Assembly (NCBI RefSeq): GCF_006345805.1
Contig: NW_021836164.1
Location: 4,220 to 68,219 of the forward strand
Length of the DNA: 64,000 nucleotides
Direction of reading: 5' to 3'
Source of the DNA: Octopus sinensis
Taxonomy: Eukaryota
The first letter of the stretch is position 1; every line of letters begins with the position of its first letter. A program made the translations under genes and the position numbers. Positions 38,891 through 51,379 of the stretch are shown here, one piece after another. The notes under the pieces were generated by a model, which saw only the letters and a program-made list of their open reading frames with translations, did no database searches and had not been told where the DNA came from.

Positions 38891-39029
38891 CACATTGAAC
38901 TGACTAACTATGCGCTCATCTCATTTAGGCCAGTCTTTTACAGTGTAATGATTGCTGTCGTCGCGGCTGTTCCAAACACGCAGGAAGCACATTGTAGTGG
39001 TAGTTTGGATCCCAAAACTTCTGCCCTCT

Positions 39030-39335
39030 CATTTGACAATGCTAGTTCCCTTACTAAATCGTTCAAATCTTGATTAAACTAGCATGGCTCATTTTTCTTA
39101 GAATCACCTACGTACTCTTCGTCGATAGGAGAGTCAGGGAGATTCATCGTGCGACGTGTCAAGATTTTCAAGTGAAGCATATGAGAGGGGAACTGGGACA
39201 GGGTTCTCGAAGTCATGTGGGACCGGTTTTAGAGCCGACTTACAATCTGCATACATAATGTTTCCTCTGAGAAACCAATTAATTTTAGTCACGCAATAAT
39301 CAGACATGATTGGTTGGCTCACGCCATACCGTTGG
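39030..39335 (-). mobile_element. Chapaev3-like (CMC) transposase N-terminal fragment
   Basis: WREPTNH/DYC, SALKPVPHDFENPVPVP and DLNDLVRELALSNERAEVLGSKL match the recalled Chapaev3 motifs WREP.NH..DCYFC, PVPHS..LPVP and ELNDLVRDL.LSK..AELLGSRL. Confidence 0.7.
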
Positions 39336-39852
39336 CAAAACAAAAGGTATTCTCTTTCGTTTTCCATTCACCCACTAGTATTCGTATCCTTTCTCCTTCC
39401 CTTTCATCTACATCTCCTTTTCTTCTCTGTCGCTCCCTCTCCCTGCTGTCTTTCTCCTCTGCCTGCTGGTGCCACGTGACCAGCGGCCAATTTCTCCTTT
39501 CTTCCTTTCTTAGACTGGTCCCTTAGCTGACCAGTCGCAAATTCTGTCTCTCCGTCTCCATCGTTCAAAACTTTTTTCTAAGCGTTACCCACTATTCCCG
39601 TCTTCTTGGCTCCAAGGCCGTATTTTGTTCAACTGTTCGTCCTCGTCCACCGTCCTAAATCACAGTGCCATTTTGTTTGCTCTTGTCCCTAATTCCACGC
39701 AAGAAAACTCATTATTTTTGCTGGCACCGCCAACTGGGAAGCATTCAGTCTTATCATTGGTCCATAACTGATGAAGAATTATGGAGTTTCTGTTTGTCTC
39801 ACGTTGGTTTTTCAATTCAGTATACCTTATGTCGTTTGTTTATATATTTTTT

Positions 39853-39949
<97 letters not shown>

Positions 39950-40021
39950 CAGACATATGCATTACTGTACGTATAAACATGTATAAACATGCATACATGT
40001 ACACGTATATGTGGGTATGTA

Positions 40022-40377
40022 TTCTTGTTTCAGTCATTCAACTGCGGCTATGCTGGAGCACCGCCTTCGGTCAAAGAAATCAACCCCAGGACTTATTCTT
40101 TGTAAGCCTATCGGTCTCTTTGCCGAACCGCTAAGTTACGGGGAGGTAAATACACCAACATCGGTTGCCAAGCATTGGTGAGGAACAGACAGACAAAAAA
40201 ATATACACACATATATATACAACGGGCTTTCGGTTTCCGTCTACCAAATCCAGTCACAAGGCTATGGTCGGCCCAAAGCTATAGTAGAAGACACATACCC
40301 AAGGTACCACGCAGAGGGACTGAACTCGGATACGTGTGGTTGGTAAGCAAGCTTCTTGCCACACAGCCACTCCTGCG

Positions 40378-40378
<1 letters not shown>
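40022..40378 (-). mobile_element. Full-length tRNA-derived SINE (family A)
   Basis: Collinear with 11525-11917. Confidence 0.88.
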
Positions 40379-40420
<42 letters not shown>

Positions 40421-40549
40421 CCAAAATGTTTGGAACGGAATTGTAACACTGCAAGCCAATCTTATAAACAAACATATCTAAAATCTGCATCCGGAAGTAT
40501 TGAGTACTTACTTTAGGAAGTGAACAACTTTGCTCTGACAAACATACTA

Positions 40550-40692
40550 ATACATATAATGTATATATATATATACATATAACATACTATTATATATTTA
40601 TATATACATATATATATATATGTGTATATGTATATATATGTATATATATATATGTATATATATATATATACATAAATATATATATATACATA

Positions 40693-40723
<31 letters not shown>

Positions 40724-41392
40724 CATACATATATATATATGTATATATATATACATACATATATTAATATATATATAATATACATATATATATATACATA
40801 TATATACATATACACATATATATATACATATATATATACATATATACATATATAATATATACATAATATATATACATGTATATATAGATATACATATATA
40901 CATATATATAGATACATATATATATACAGGTATATATATATATACATATACATATATATATATTATATATATATACATGTATATACATATACATATATAT
41001 ATACATATATATACATGTATCTATATACATATACATATATATATATACATACATATATATATATACATATATATATACATGTATATATATACATAGACAT
41101 ATATATATATACATACATATATATATACATATATATATACATGTATATACATATACATATATATATATACATATATATATACATGTATATATATATATAC
41201 ATATACATATATATATATACATACATATATATATATATACATGTATATAATATAATAATATACATATATATATATACATACATATATATATATACATGTA
41301 TATATATATATATATACGTATATATATATATGAATATATATATATATGTATATATATGTATATGTATATATATATATGTATATATATATATA
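40550..41392. repeat. Long degenerate (TA)n/(TACA) microsatellite field
   Basis: Directly visible, about 840 bp. Confidence 0.95.
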
Positions 41393-41713
41393 CTTCCGGC
41401 TTCGTAGAGTAAACACTTGTTGTCTTGCTCTGCGATAAAAAACAAGAAGGGTTGCATATAAGTCGACGAAATAATTTGGCGAACACTCACAAAAAACGTA
41501 GAAATTATTACCTTATAGACGTATACTTGGACATTTTGTTTAAAAACCGTAATATTTTGCCACAAGTCAAGTATTGTTCACTTGTGCTCGCAACACACAC
41601 AAGATTTCTCCCTGTCGAAAAAGCACATGGAATCTTCTAAATTTATTTCCAGTCGACTCAAATAGCAAAAGGAAAAAAGAAAACCTCTTGTATACCTTTA
41701 ATAAGATAAGTAA

Positions 41714-42008
41714 TCGAATTCTTGTTTATATCTCCGTAAACTCTTGTTTTACCGTTAATTCCGGTATATCTATCCTACATATATTATTTGTCACATGCGT
41801 GTGCATATATCTGTATGTATGTATATGTGTATCGAATTCTTGTTTATATCTCCGTAAATTCTTGTTTTACCGTTAATTCCGGTATATCTATCCTACATAT
41901 ATTATTTGTCACATGCGTGTATATATCTGTATGTATATGTATATGTGTATCGAATTCTTGTTTATATCTCCGTAAATTCTTGTTTTACCGTTAATTCCGG
42001 TATATCTA
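41714..42008. repeat. 118-bp tandem repeat, 2.5 copies
   Basis: TCGAATTCTTGTTTATATCTCCGTAAA starts at 41714, 41832 and 41950. Confidence 0.95.
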
Positions 42009-42430
42009 TGTGTATGTATATGTGTGTGTTAGAAGTATAGTCGCAATTAGTTTTATTTTAGAAGACATTGTCTGTAGCGACGGACAAATATATATTTTCT
42101 TTTCTCTTTTTCTCTGCTTAAATTCTGTAAAATCTCTTGGCTTGTTTTCTTCCAGCTATTTTATTATTGTTATTATTGTTTCTTTATATACTCACTTGTT
42201 ACTCTTGTTTATATATGTGCATGTGCACACATGTGTATATGTGTGTATGTATATGTATGTATACATGTGTATGTGTGTGTACAAATAGCTTCGTTTAGAA
42301 TTCTTCCCTCTCTGTCTGTCTCTTCAGTTCTCTCCCTCACGCTTCTCCTTCTCTCTTCATTACTCTCTTCTATCTTACTCCCCTCTTTCAGATATATAAA
42401 TTCTTTCTCTCTCTATTTCTTCCTTCTCTC

Positions 42431-43265
42431 GCTGACGGAGAAAATCCAAATAATATAATTACGGCTGCGCTGAAGAACAACGGATACAAAAGGACGTCAG
42501 CTCAAATAGAGCGGAAGAAGCAAGAATTTATACGCTCCTACGCACTTGTCAGATCGCACATTAACACGCTGGATGCCATTTTTGACAGCGAAAAACGCGA
42601 ACAAAGTAAAGATGGCAAGGATAGAGACGCGGCCGCTGATGAGGAGGGTCACCCCCACCTGGTAGACGCCCAGGAAGAAAACTCCAGTGAGAGGCCTGCC
42701 CGGGAGATGAACCCAGGTGCGGATGCTCCTACCGGCACCAAAAGCCATGGACATGGAGATGAAAAAACCAAAAAAAGGAGGAAAAACTGAAGCTAAAACT
42801 CAGACAAAGCCAAGGGGCAAGGCAGCCAGAGATAGAGGCAAACCTAACTATCCATATGCCAAAAAGGATGGAAACAAGCAGCGCACACGGGTGTGTAGGT
42901 TCTACCTGAAAGGTGCCTGCCGGCATGGAGAGGAAGGTGCAGGCTGCCGCTTTGCACATCCGGGACCCTGCCACAGAAACCAACCACCGAAAGGAAATGG
43001 GATGGACCACGCATCACCTGCCCCAAAACGGAGGCACGCAGATGTGGTGCGTGCCACAAACCACCAACGTGTTGTTGAAAGGGCAGCTGCTGAGCAGGAA
43101 TCTTTTTTGTGCATGGCACAAAAGATTGTACAGCAGCTAACCTGGCTCCATCAGGCTCAGGCTCGCAGATGGAACTGCCCACAGTTCACAAGACCGCCAC
43201 AGCAGATGGACCCAGGGTGGACACCACCGGCAACAGCATACACCTCACCTCGATGCTCCTACTGA
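42431..43265 (+). pseudogene. LINE ORF1 with a Myb/SANT-trihelix-like segment and a CCCH zinc finger
   Basis: An open frame at 42431-42790 (ITAALKNNGYKRTSAQIERKKQEFIRSY) shifts near the A-runs at 42762-42776 into frame 42717-43265 (CRFYLKGACRHGEEGAGCRFAH, 42894-42959). Confidence 0.75.
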
Positions 43266-46186
43266 ACATCAGAGGACTACTAACACACAGTAACAGGACA
43301 AAAGTCCCGTTCCTGAGAGACTTTGTTGCATGCAATCAAGCCTTATGCATAGCACTCACGGAAACGCATCTGAAACCGGACATAGCAGATGCGAGTTACA
43401 CATACCACAGTATGCTGTACTACGGACCGACAGGAAAGAAAGGAGTCATGGAGGTGTTGCTATGTACATCCGTGAGGACCTCACACCCCAGGTCCTCTTG
43501 TCATACTCAAACTCGGTGTGTGACACACTAATTGTACATATTAGGCAACTTGATGTAGTTGTGTGTGGCTACATATCGCCCTCCAGATGCCCCAAGCCAT
43601 GTGGGCAAGTTTGAAGACTGCCTTAAACCACATTAGAACAACACATAAGTGTACTTCTTATGGGAGACTTCAATCTGCCTAATGTTAGATGGCCCGAGGG
43701 CCTTTCTCTCCCAGGAATGACAAGATGTGAACGAGGACAGGCGAGGTCCCTCCTGAACCTCCTCAACACCCTGTACATGGAGCAGGTAATACTCCAACCA
43801 ACCAGGGCAGGTAACATACTGGATCTCTGCTTCACAAATGACATGGATCTCATCCATAATGTGAAAGTGACACCGACACTACTCTCGGATCACAACATGA
43901 TAGAGCTGAGCATGTACGGGCCAAAAGAGAGCACGGACATGCAGCCTACAAGAAACCCTCAGAATCTTTCCAGCTTGAACTACCATAAGGCAAACTGGAA
44001 ACGAATTGAGAAAGAGATCCTCAAACAAAACTGGCCTAAATGTCTCTCCTCGCCAGACATCGACGTGAAACTTCAACAATTCATGTCTGTAATGCAAGCC
44101 ATATGCTACAATGTGTCCCAGAGAGAAAGGCCACTGTACACAAGAACAAAATCCCCAGAGAGAGGAAAATTTTAATGAGACGGCGTACAAAATTTTCAAA
44201 TCGCCTAAACAAACAGATTGAAAGCAGTGAAAAGTCCCGCCTAAAAATAAAACTGTTGGAAATCGAAAAATGTCTGCAACTCTCCCATGAAAAGGAAAGA
44301 GCAGACAAAGAAGCCTGGGCTATAGACAACATAAAATCTAACCCCAGAGCTTTCTACAGGTATGCCAAAGAAACAGCTACGATGCACTGTAGGATAGGGC
44401 CACTCCTTGAAAAGGATGGCACACTCATAGGAAAACCAATGAGGGTAAGTGAAATACTGAATGAGCAATTCAAGAGTATTTTCACTCCACCCCTTGGGCA
44501 TCTCCAAATCACCAATCCAACTGACATTTTTACCACTGCAGATATAAAATCAGAGGCGGCGACGATAGATTACATCGATATAAAGGAAGACGATGTAATC
44601 AAGGCTATAGATGAAATGAAAACAGACTCAGCTACTGGCCCCGATGGATTCCCGGCAATCCTCCTAAAAGCATGTAAGAGAGTCCTAGCAAGACTACTGC
44701 AGTTCCTCTTTCAGAGCTTCCTTGCAGCTGGCAAACTTCCAAGAAAACTGAAGGAAGGTAAAATATGCCCCATTCATAAAGGAGGTAGCAGAGCGGAAGC
44801 CAAGAAGTAGAGACCTATCTCTCTGACCTCACACATCAGCAAGGTCATGGACGAATAGTCAGAAGGAAGCTGATCACCTTCCTTGAAGAGAATGACTTGC
44901 TGCCCGACACCCAACATGGTTTCCGACCAGGGAGAAGCTGTTAATTCAGCTCCTACAACACTATGACTGGGTGCTGAAACGGCTGCTCAACCACTCAAAT
45001 GTGGAAGTGATATATTCGACTTTGCAAAGGCCTTTGATAAAGTCGATCATGGAATGATATGTCACAAACTGCGTGATCTCAACATAGTTGGAAAACTGGG
45101 AGAATGGCTTCATGACTTTCTGAAGGATAGAAGTCAGGTGGTAGTAGCCAATGGGGCCACCTCCATTAACACACAAATAGTGAGCGGTGTTCCGCAGGGC
45201 ACTGTTCTGGGACCACTACTGTTCATAATGGCCCTCTCAGACATGCCCTGAGCCACGCAGAGAGCCACGATCACAAGTTATGCAGATGATACAAAAGTTT
45301 CACAAGCAATACAGAACCCTGAGGACACTAAACACCTGCAATGTGAGCTGGACGAAATATACAAGTGGGCTGAAAAGAATAGCATGCAGTTCAATGCTGG
45401 AAAGTTTCAAGCTTTATACTATCAGCATGCAAAACTGAATGCAATACCCAATGAATACACTGGACCCGGAGGATTGCAATCCCAGAGGCACAATCAGTGC
45501 GTGACCTGGGTATTCACATGAGTGATGACGCGACCTTTCATGTACATGTTGCTAAACTGACAATGAATGTAGACGGCTGGCTGGATGGATTCTTAGAACC
45601 TTTAGTACAAGAGAACAAGAACCATGATGGTCCTCTGGAAGACACTTGTCCTAAGCCACTTTGACTATTGCTCTCAGCTATGGTCACCATCCAGTGTCAA
45701 GTTGATCACAGAACTTGAGGCGATCCAACGAAGCTACACAAGAAGATAGCCTCTATGCAGAATGTAAGCTACTGGGAAAGACTCAAGAGATTAAAATTAT
45801 ATTCCCTGGAGCGTAGGCGGGAAAGATATGCCATAATATACATCTGGAAGATCCTGGAGGGAAGTGTCCTGAACTTTGGCATCGAGAGTTACGCAAATGC
45901 CAGAACTGGGCGTCACTGCGTGGTGCCTAGGACTCCAAACCTGCCATCAAGATGTAGGACAAGATTCTGTGATAGCCTGGGCTTCCGAGGCCCACAGCTC
46001 TCCAATATCCTCCCGAAGAACCTGAGAGACCTGCATGGGGTGGATACAGATGTCTTTAAAATGTAGCTGGATCTCTTCCTGTCAGGTGTCCCAGATGAAC
46101 CAACTTCAAGGCAGGAGGGGCAGATGAGGGCAGCTGCATCGAACTCTCTCATGCACCAAATAGCAGTTGCTAGAAAGCCTCCATGA
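43253..46186 (+). pseudogene. LINE ORF2 (APE endonuclease plus reverse transcriptase), disrupted
   Basis: ATG at 43253: MLLLNIRGL..ALTETHL, GDFNLP, SDHN, AFDKVDHG, GVPQGTVLGPLLF, YADD and YSLERRRERY. It has several 1-nt deletions and stop codons. Confidence 0.93.
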
Positions 46187-46275
46187 AGTGAAACCAAGTA
46201 GCAACACCAATGGCGGTGCCCCAGCATGGCCACAGCTCATAAGCTGAAACTAGAATCAATCATCAATCAATCAAT

Positions 46276-46900
<625 letters not shown>

Positions 46901-46904
46901 ATAC

Positions 46905-49900
46905 TTTGATAGGTTTAGGTTCGGCCATTATTGGCCCAGGCCATGTCTAACTTAATAGCACCACCTGGTGAAGTCTTTCAAGTCAGAATTTGGGCACTAT
47001 GGCCCACTCAAGTAGAGAGTTATTGTTTACAGAGACATATCCGGGTGTAGGGGGTTTATCCGGGATTTCTTGAAGGAATCTGTCCAAAGACTTCTTGAAC
47101 CCTATAGGGTCAGTTTCTGTTTTAATGTGTTTTGGTGTAATGTTAAAGAGAGCGGGGCCAATTGAGGTGAAATAATTGTGCCGTATTGTTGTTATGAGAT
47201 GAGAGTGCGATTTTTGTTTTGGGCGGATGGCACGGGGCCCAAGCCTTGGATGTACCTTAAAGGTGATGCCAACATCATTTGGGCAATGCTGATGGAATAT
47301 TTTCCACATCATGCAGATGATGTAGCGCTCACGACGACGTTGGAGAGAATAAATTTTAGCTTTAGTCTAGTCGACCCCAATAGTCGAGGCCTGTCATGCC
47401 ATCTATCTTTTTTGTGATTGCCCTTTGAGGTGCTTCAACTTTTATGATACCTTGTATTGTGTGGGGAGACCACAGTGGACAACAGTATTCAAGGTGGGGT
47501 CGGGCAAAAGTGGAGAAGAGAAGGATAATGGTGTGGATATCTCTCGACTGGAAAGTTCTGAGAATCCAGGAACACATTCTGCGCGGGCCATGTCAACTTT
47601 GGTGTTTATATGAGTGGCCCAGCTTATGTTGTTGTCCACAATTACTCCCAAGTCTCTGATGTTGTTGGACGCCGCGAGAGTTTCACCTGAAGGAAGGGAG
47701 TATGGGAGTTTCAGGGCATCCTCTTTTCCAAAGTGGATTAACTCAAATTTATCCTCGTTCAGCAGCATATTGTTTTTTTCTGCCCATTGGATAACAGCCA
47801 GTAGATCTGACTGAAGGCATGTCCGGTCACTCGCCTCATTTATGACCTTCTGTAGCTTGGAGTCATCTGCAAAGATTTTATGTTGCTGTGCTTGATGATG
47901 TCATTAATGTCATTAATGTAGATGATGAAAAGAAGTGGGCCCAGCACAGTGCCTTGCGGAACGCCACTACTGACTTTGGCTGGGCTTGATTTTACCCCTT
48001 CAACTACAACATGTTGAGATCTGTCTGTCAGGAAACACTTGATCCATTTCAGTAACTTTCCAGAGACACCAATGTTGGATAGTTTTTTCAATAGGATCTT
48101 GTGATCGACCCTGTCGAAGGCCTTACTGAAATCAAGGTAGATGACATCGGTGTTGGAGCCCTCTCCCAAAGCTCTCAAAATGTCATCAAAGTGATGCAGG
48201 AGCTGCGTTAGGCAGTCCCTTCCATTACGGAACCCATGTTGGTTAGAGATCAGCCGTCTGTTGCTTTCCAGAAATTGGGTTATTCGAGATCTCACCACCC
48301 TCTCAAATACCTTGATGATATGAGAGGTGAGTGAGATCGGACGGTAATTCACTGCAAGGGACTTGTTTCCCTTTTTGAAAACTGGGACAACAGACTGGGA
48401 CAGAAGGTTTTTGGAATATAGCCAGCATCCAGTGAGTTTCTCCACAGATTAGCAAGGGAGATGCAAGTTGGTGTCGACACACCTTCAGGACACAAGCAGG
48501 GAACCTATCGGGGCCTACTGCTGAATTGTGTTTTATTTCGTTTATCGCCGCTAAGACATCAGGGGCACTAAACGTTATGTCCGATATAGTGTGTTGGGGG
48601 TTGACATCACTGATACAGCCCAGATCGGCCATATCAGGATTGCTGAAAACAGAGCAGTATTGTTTCTGCAGTATCTCGGCCATGGATTTGGCATTATCTT
48701 GGAGAGTGCCAGTTTCATCAATTAGAGGGCCAACAATGGAGACAGTGACCCTGCGTTTCCTCGCAAATGAAAAGAACACTTGGGGTTGAGTTTGATTTTT
48801 CAATGGCCCACTTCTCCTCAGCTGATCTTTGGTTATTGATGAGGGTCTTCATGCATTGTTAGAGGTTATATTTTTGGATTCAAGCAGTGCGATAGCCGTC
48901 GAATGTGTGTGTTGCTGTTGGCAGTACTTTAGTTTGTTAATTTTTTTGTTTGTTATTTTTATTTTTCTGATAATGGTTTTTGTTTGGGGGATTCTGCACT
49001 TTTTGTTCACAGGTCTTGGTGGGGAGTGTTTTGCCACATATGTTTGTGACGGTGTCTACAAAGATCTGCCAAGATGTTTTATGGTTGGTGGAGATGTGTG
49101 TATGTGTAAAGGACCAGTCAACATGTGATAGCTCGTTCCTGATTGCATCCCAGTTGGCATTATGGAGATCCATGTTATCAAATGGGTGGGCTGGAGGGAG
49201 TCACTAGGATTAGCTTTCGGCTGGTGGAATTTCATGTTACAGAGAACCATGTCATGGTCTGAAAGAAGGGTTTTTTCCACTGTAACGTTATGTATAGTGT
49301 TAGTGTGGTTACTAAACACTAGGTCCAAAATGTTCTTCTGATGTCTTGTTGGTGCAAGGACAAGTTGGGACAAGAAAAACTCATTCGTAAAGTCGAAAAG
49401 TGACTCTGCTGCTTCTTTGTCAGCGGTTGAGGCGGGAGTGCTTGGTTTCAAACAGTTTGTAGTTCAGTCAACACAGGGTAGATTGAAGTCTCCCATCATG
49501 AGTAGGTTGCTAGAATGGCACTGTTGAATAAAGCACTTTATGTTGTTGAGGCATTCTTTAAAGCACAGTATGGGTGTTTGGGGCGGCCTATAGAGCCCAA
49601 TTACTGTCAGGTCATTGGCTTTGTTGTGCACGGTGACTGATTCACAGTAGCCGTTGGAGAATATACTATTTTCATCTGCCGTAAACGAATCATGCAGGAA
49701 AATGGCAGTTCCACCCTTCCTTCTGTCGATACGATCCGCGCGGATGGTTGTGAAATTCTTCACTCTCACTTCGGCTTCCAAGTGGGAGTTGTCAAGGTGG
49801 GTCTCAGTGAGAATGAAGAAAGGGATGTGGTGTGGATGGTTACCAACCAAGTCTTCAATGAATTGGACCTTCCATTTTTGTGCATTGATGGAAGGGCTGA

Positions 49901-50960
49901 CACCTTGTGCATTGAGTAGAAATGTGGAGGTTAGTGTAGTGGCTGGTTTTGACTGTTGCAGGGGGCTTGGATTTTTGTGTGTGTTAGTGGCAGCAATGTG
50001 GGGAATTTGTGCACTGGGGTAATAGCATAGGATGGTGTTGAGTGATGGCTAGAATATTTTTGTGTATCTCTTTTGCCATGTTCAACATGGCTAAAAAAGA
50101 ATTTTCCTGCTTAGGGAGCAGTTTTTGGCTGGAGGTGTGGTTGCACTGTTGGATAGGGTTGTAGTTTCCACTTTTGTTGTTGTTGTTTTTGTGTCTTCCT
50201 GAAAAGACTGGACCAGCATTACTGCTGCATGGTGTGTTTTTATTTTTATTTTTATTCAGGTTTGTGTGTTGGCTTGAAGCCCCGTTTCTGTTAGTGCGTC
50301 GGGTCCCTGGAAGATGAGTGAAGGGACAGTCACTCAGCAGACATGATCTCTCACGTTGGGAATACCGGCAGATTTTGGGACTCCGAGTTGTGTGTGTTTT
50401 GAATTTCGATTTACTATTTGGTGGTGTTGATGTTATTGTGGGATGCGTGCTTTGGCCTTGGCCGGTAGTGCGTCTAGTGCCAGGTAGATGCGTGAAGATG
50501 CAGTCACTATTTGTGCAGAGTCTCTGGCGCAGTGATAGCGCATATTTTGAGGTTTCTTGTTTGTGCCGTGGGGGCGCATTCTGCTTCGTATGTTTCTTTA
50601 AGTTTTTGTTACTGCAGTAGTATTGAGGTGGTGATGTGGGGGAAGAGAGCAGTGGTTTCTTATTTGGTTTTTTGTTGGTATTTTTGGTGATAGAAGACGA
50701 TGGTGGCAGCGGTGGTGATGATGATGATGATATTGTGGTGGTTGCCGTGAGAGCGGAGGAAAATACTGGCATTTAGTGAATCATCTAGTATGCGAGAGTT
50801 GAGGAGTGGCTGTTGTTCTTGTTGCTGTGGTTTTGTTGTTGTTGTTGTGCTTCACCGATGTTAGGGTCAGCATTGTGCTGGGAACCAGGAGTGGCTCATT
50901 CTGTTGTTGTTGTTGTGCTGCTGATTTTCTAGCTGTTGCTGTTTCTTGAACAGTGAAAAT
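46905..50960 (-). mobile_element. Near full-length CR1/L2-group LINE, second family
   Basis: ORF1 at 50772-49984; ORF2 motifs FLLNAQG, LTETHL, MGDFNLP, LDLVFS, LSDHDMV, YRPISLTSHI, DFSKAFDRVDH, GVPQGTVLGPLLF, ADD and EYCCPLWSP; flanked by (TA)n on both sides. Confidence 0.94.
49984..50772 (-). CDS. LINE ORF1 (262-aa open frame) with duplicated CCCH-type zinc-finger modules
   Basis: CRYSQRERSCLLSDCPFTHLPGTRR (C-x8-C-x4-C-x3-H, 50370-50314) and an upstream partial CTNSDCIFTHLPGTRR. The true start may lie further upstream. Confidence 0.75.
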   Translation of the reverse strand: MPVFSSALTATTTISSSSSPPLPPSSSITKNTNKKPNKKPLLSSPTSPPQYYCSNKNLKKHTKQNAPPRHKQETSKYALSLRQRLCTNSDCIFTHLPGTRRTTGQGQSTHPTITSTPPNSKSKFKTHTTRSPKICRYSQRERSCLLSDCPFTHLPGTRRTNRNGASSQHTNLNKNKNKNTPCSSNAGPVFSGRHKNNNNKSGNYNPIQQCNHTSSQKLLPKQENSFLAMLNMAKEIHKNILAITQHHPMLLPQCTNSPHCCH

Positions 50961-51014
50961 ATAAAGAAGCTTTTCAAAATGGCCTTTTGTCAGTTTGAAA
51001 GATACTTCGATATG

Positions 51015-51049
<35 letters not shown>

Positions 51050-51135
51050 TATATACAATATATACACATATATATATATACATATATATATATTATACAT
51101 AATATATATATATATATATATGTATATATAAAATA

Positions 51136-51379
51136 TTATTCGACAAACCACTATTTTGCAAAACAACAAGGAAGACTTAATCAATACATAATTTTAATAA
51201 TAGTCAAAAAAACCGCCACTACAATTATTATACACTGAATTATTGGAAGTCCACCTGAAGATTGTCGATCAAGACAAGAAACGATTGTAGTGGCGGTTTT
51301 TTTTTGACATTTATTAAAATTTATGTATTGATTAAGTCTTCCTTGTTGTTTTGCAAAATAGTGGTTTTGTCTCGAATAA
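51136..51379. repeat. About 90-bp inverted repeat enclosing a hammerhead
   Basis: 51136-51225 is the reverse complement of 51284-51379 with a few indels. Confidence 0.95.
51251..51293 (+). ncRNA. Minimal type I hammerhead ribozyme
   Basis: CCAC-CUGAAGA-UUGUC-gaucaa-GACAA-GAAAC-GAUU-GUA-GUGG. All three stems pair and the core is intact; the 10.1-11.1 pair is U-A rather than the usual G-C. Confidence 0.8.

Larger units (their letters stand above)
42431..46275 (+). mobile_element. Near full-length CR1/L2-group LINE (ORF1, ORF2, 3' stem-loop, (ATCA)n tail)
   Basis: Continuous ORF1-APE-RT-tail organisation; same family as 27008-29600. Confidence 0.95.
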
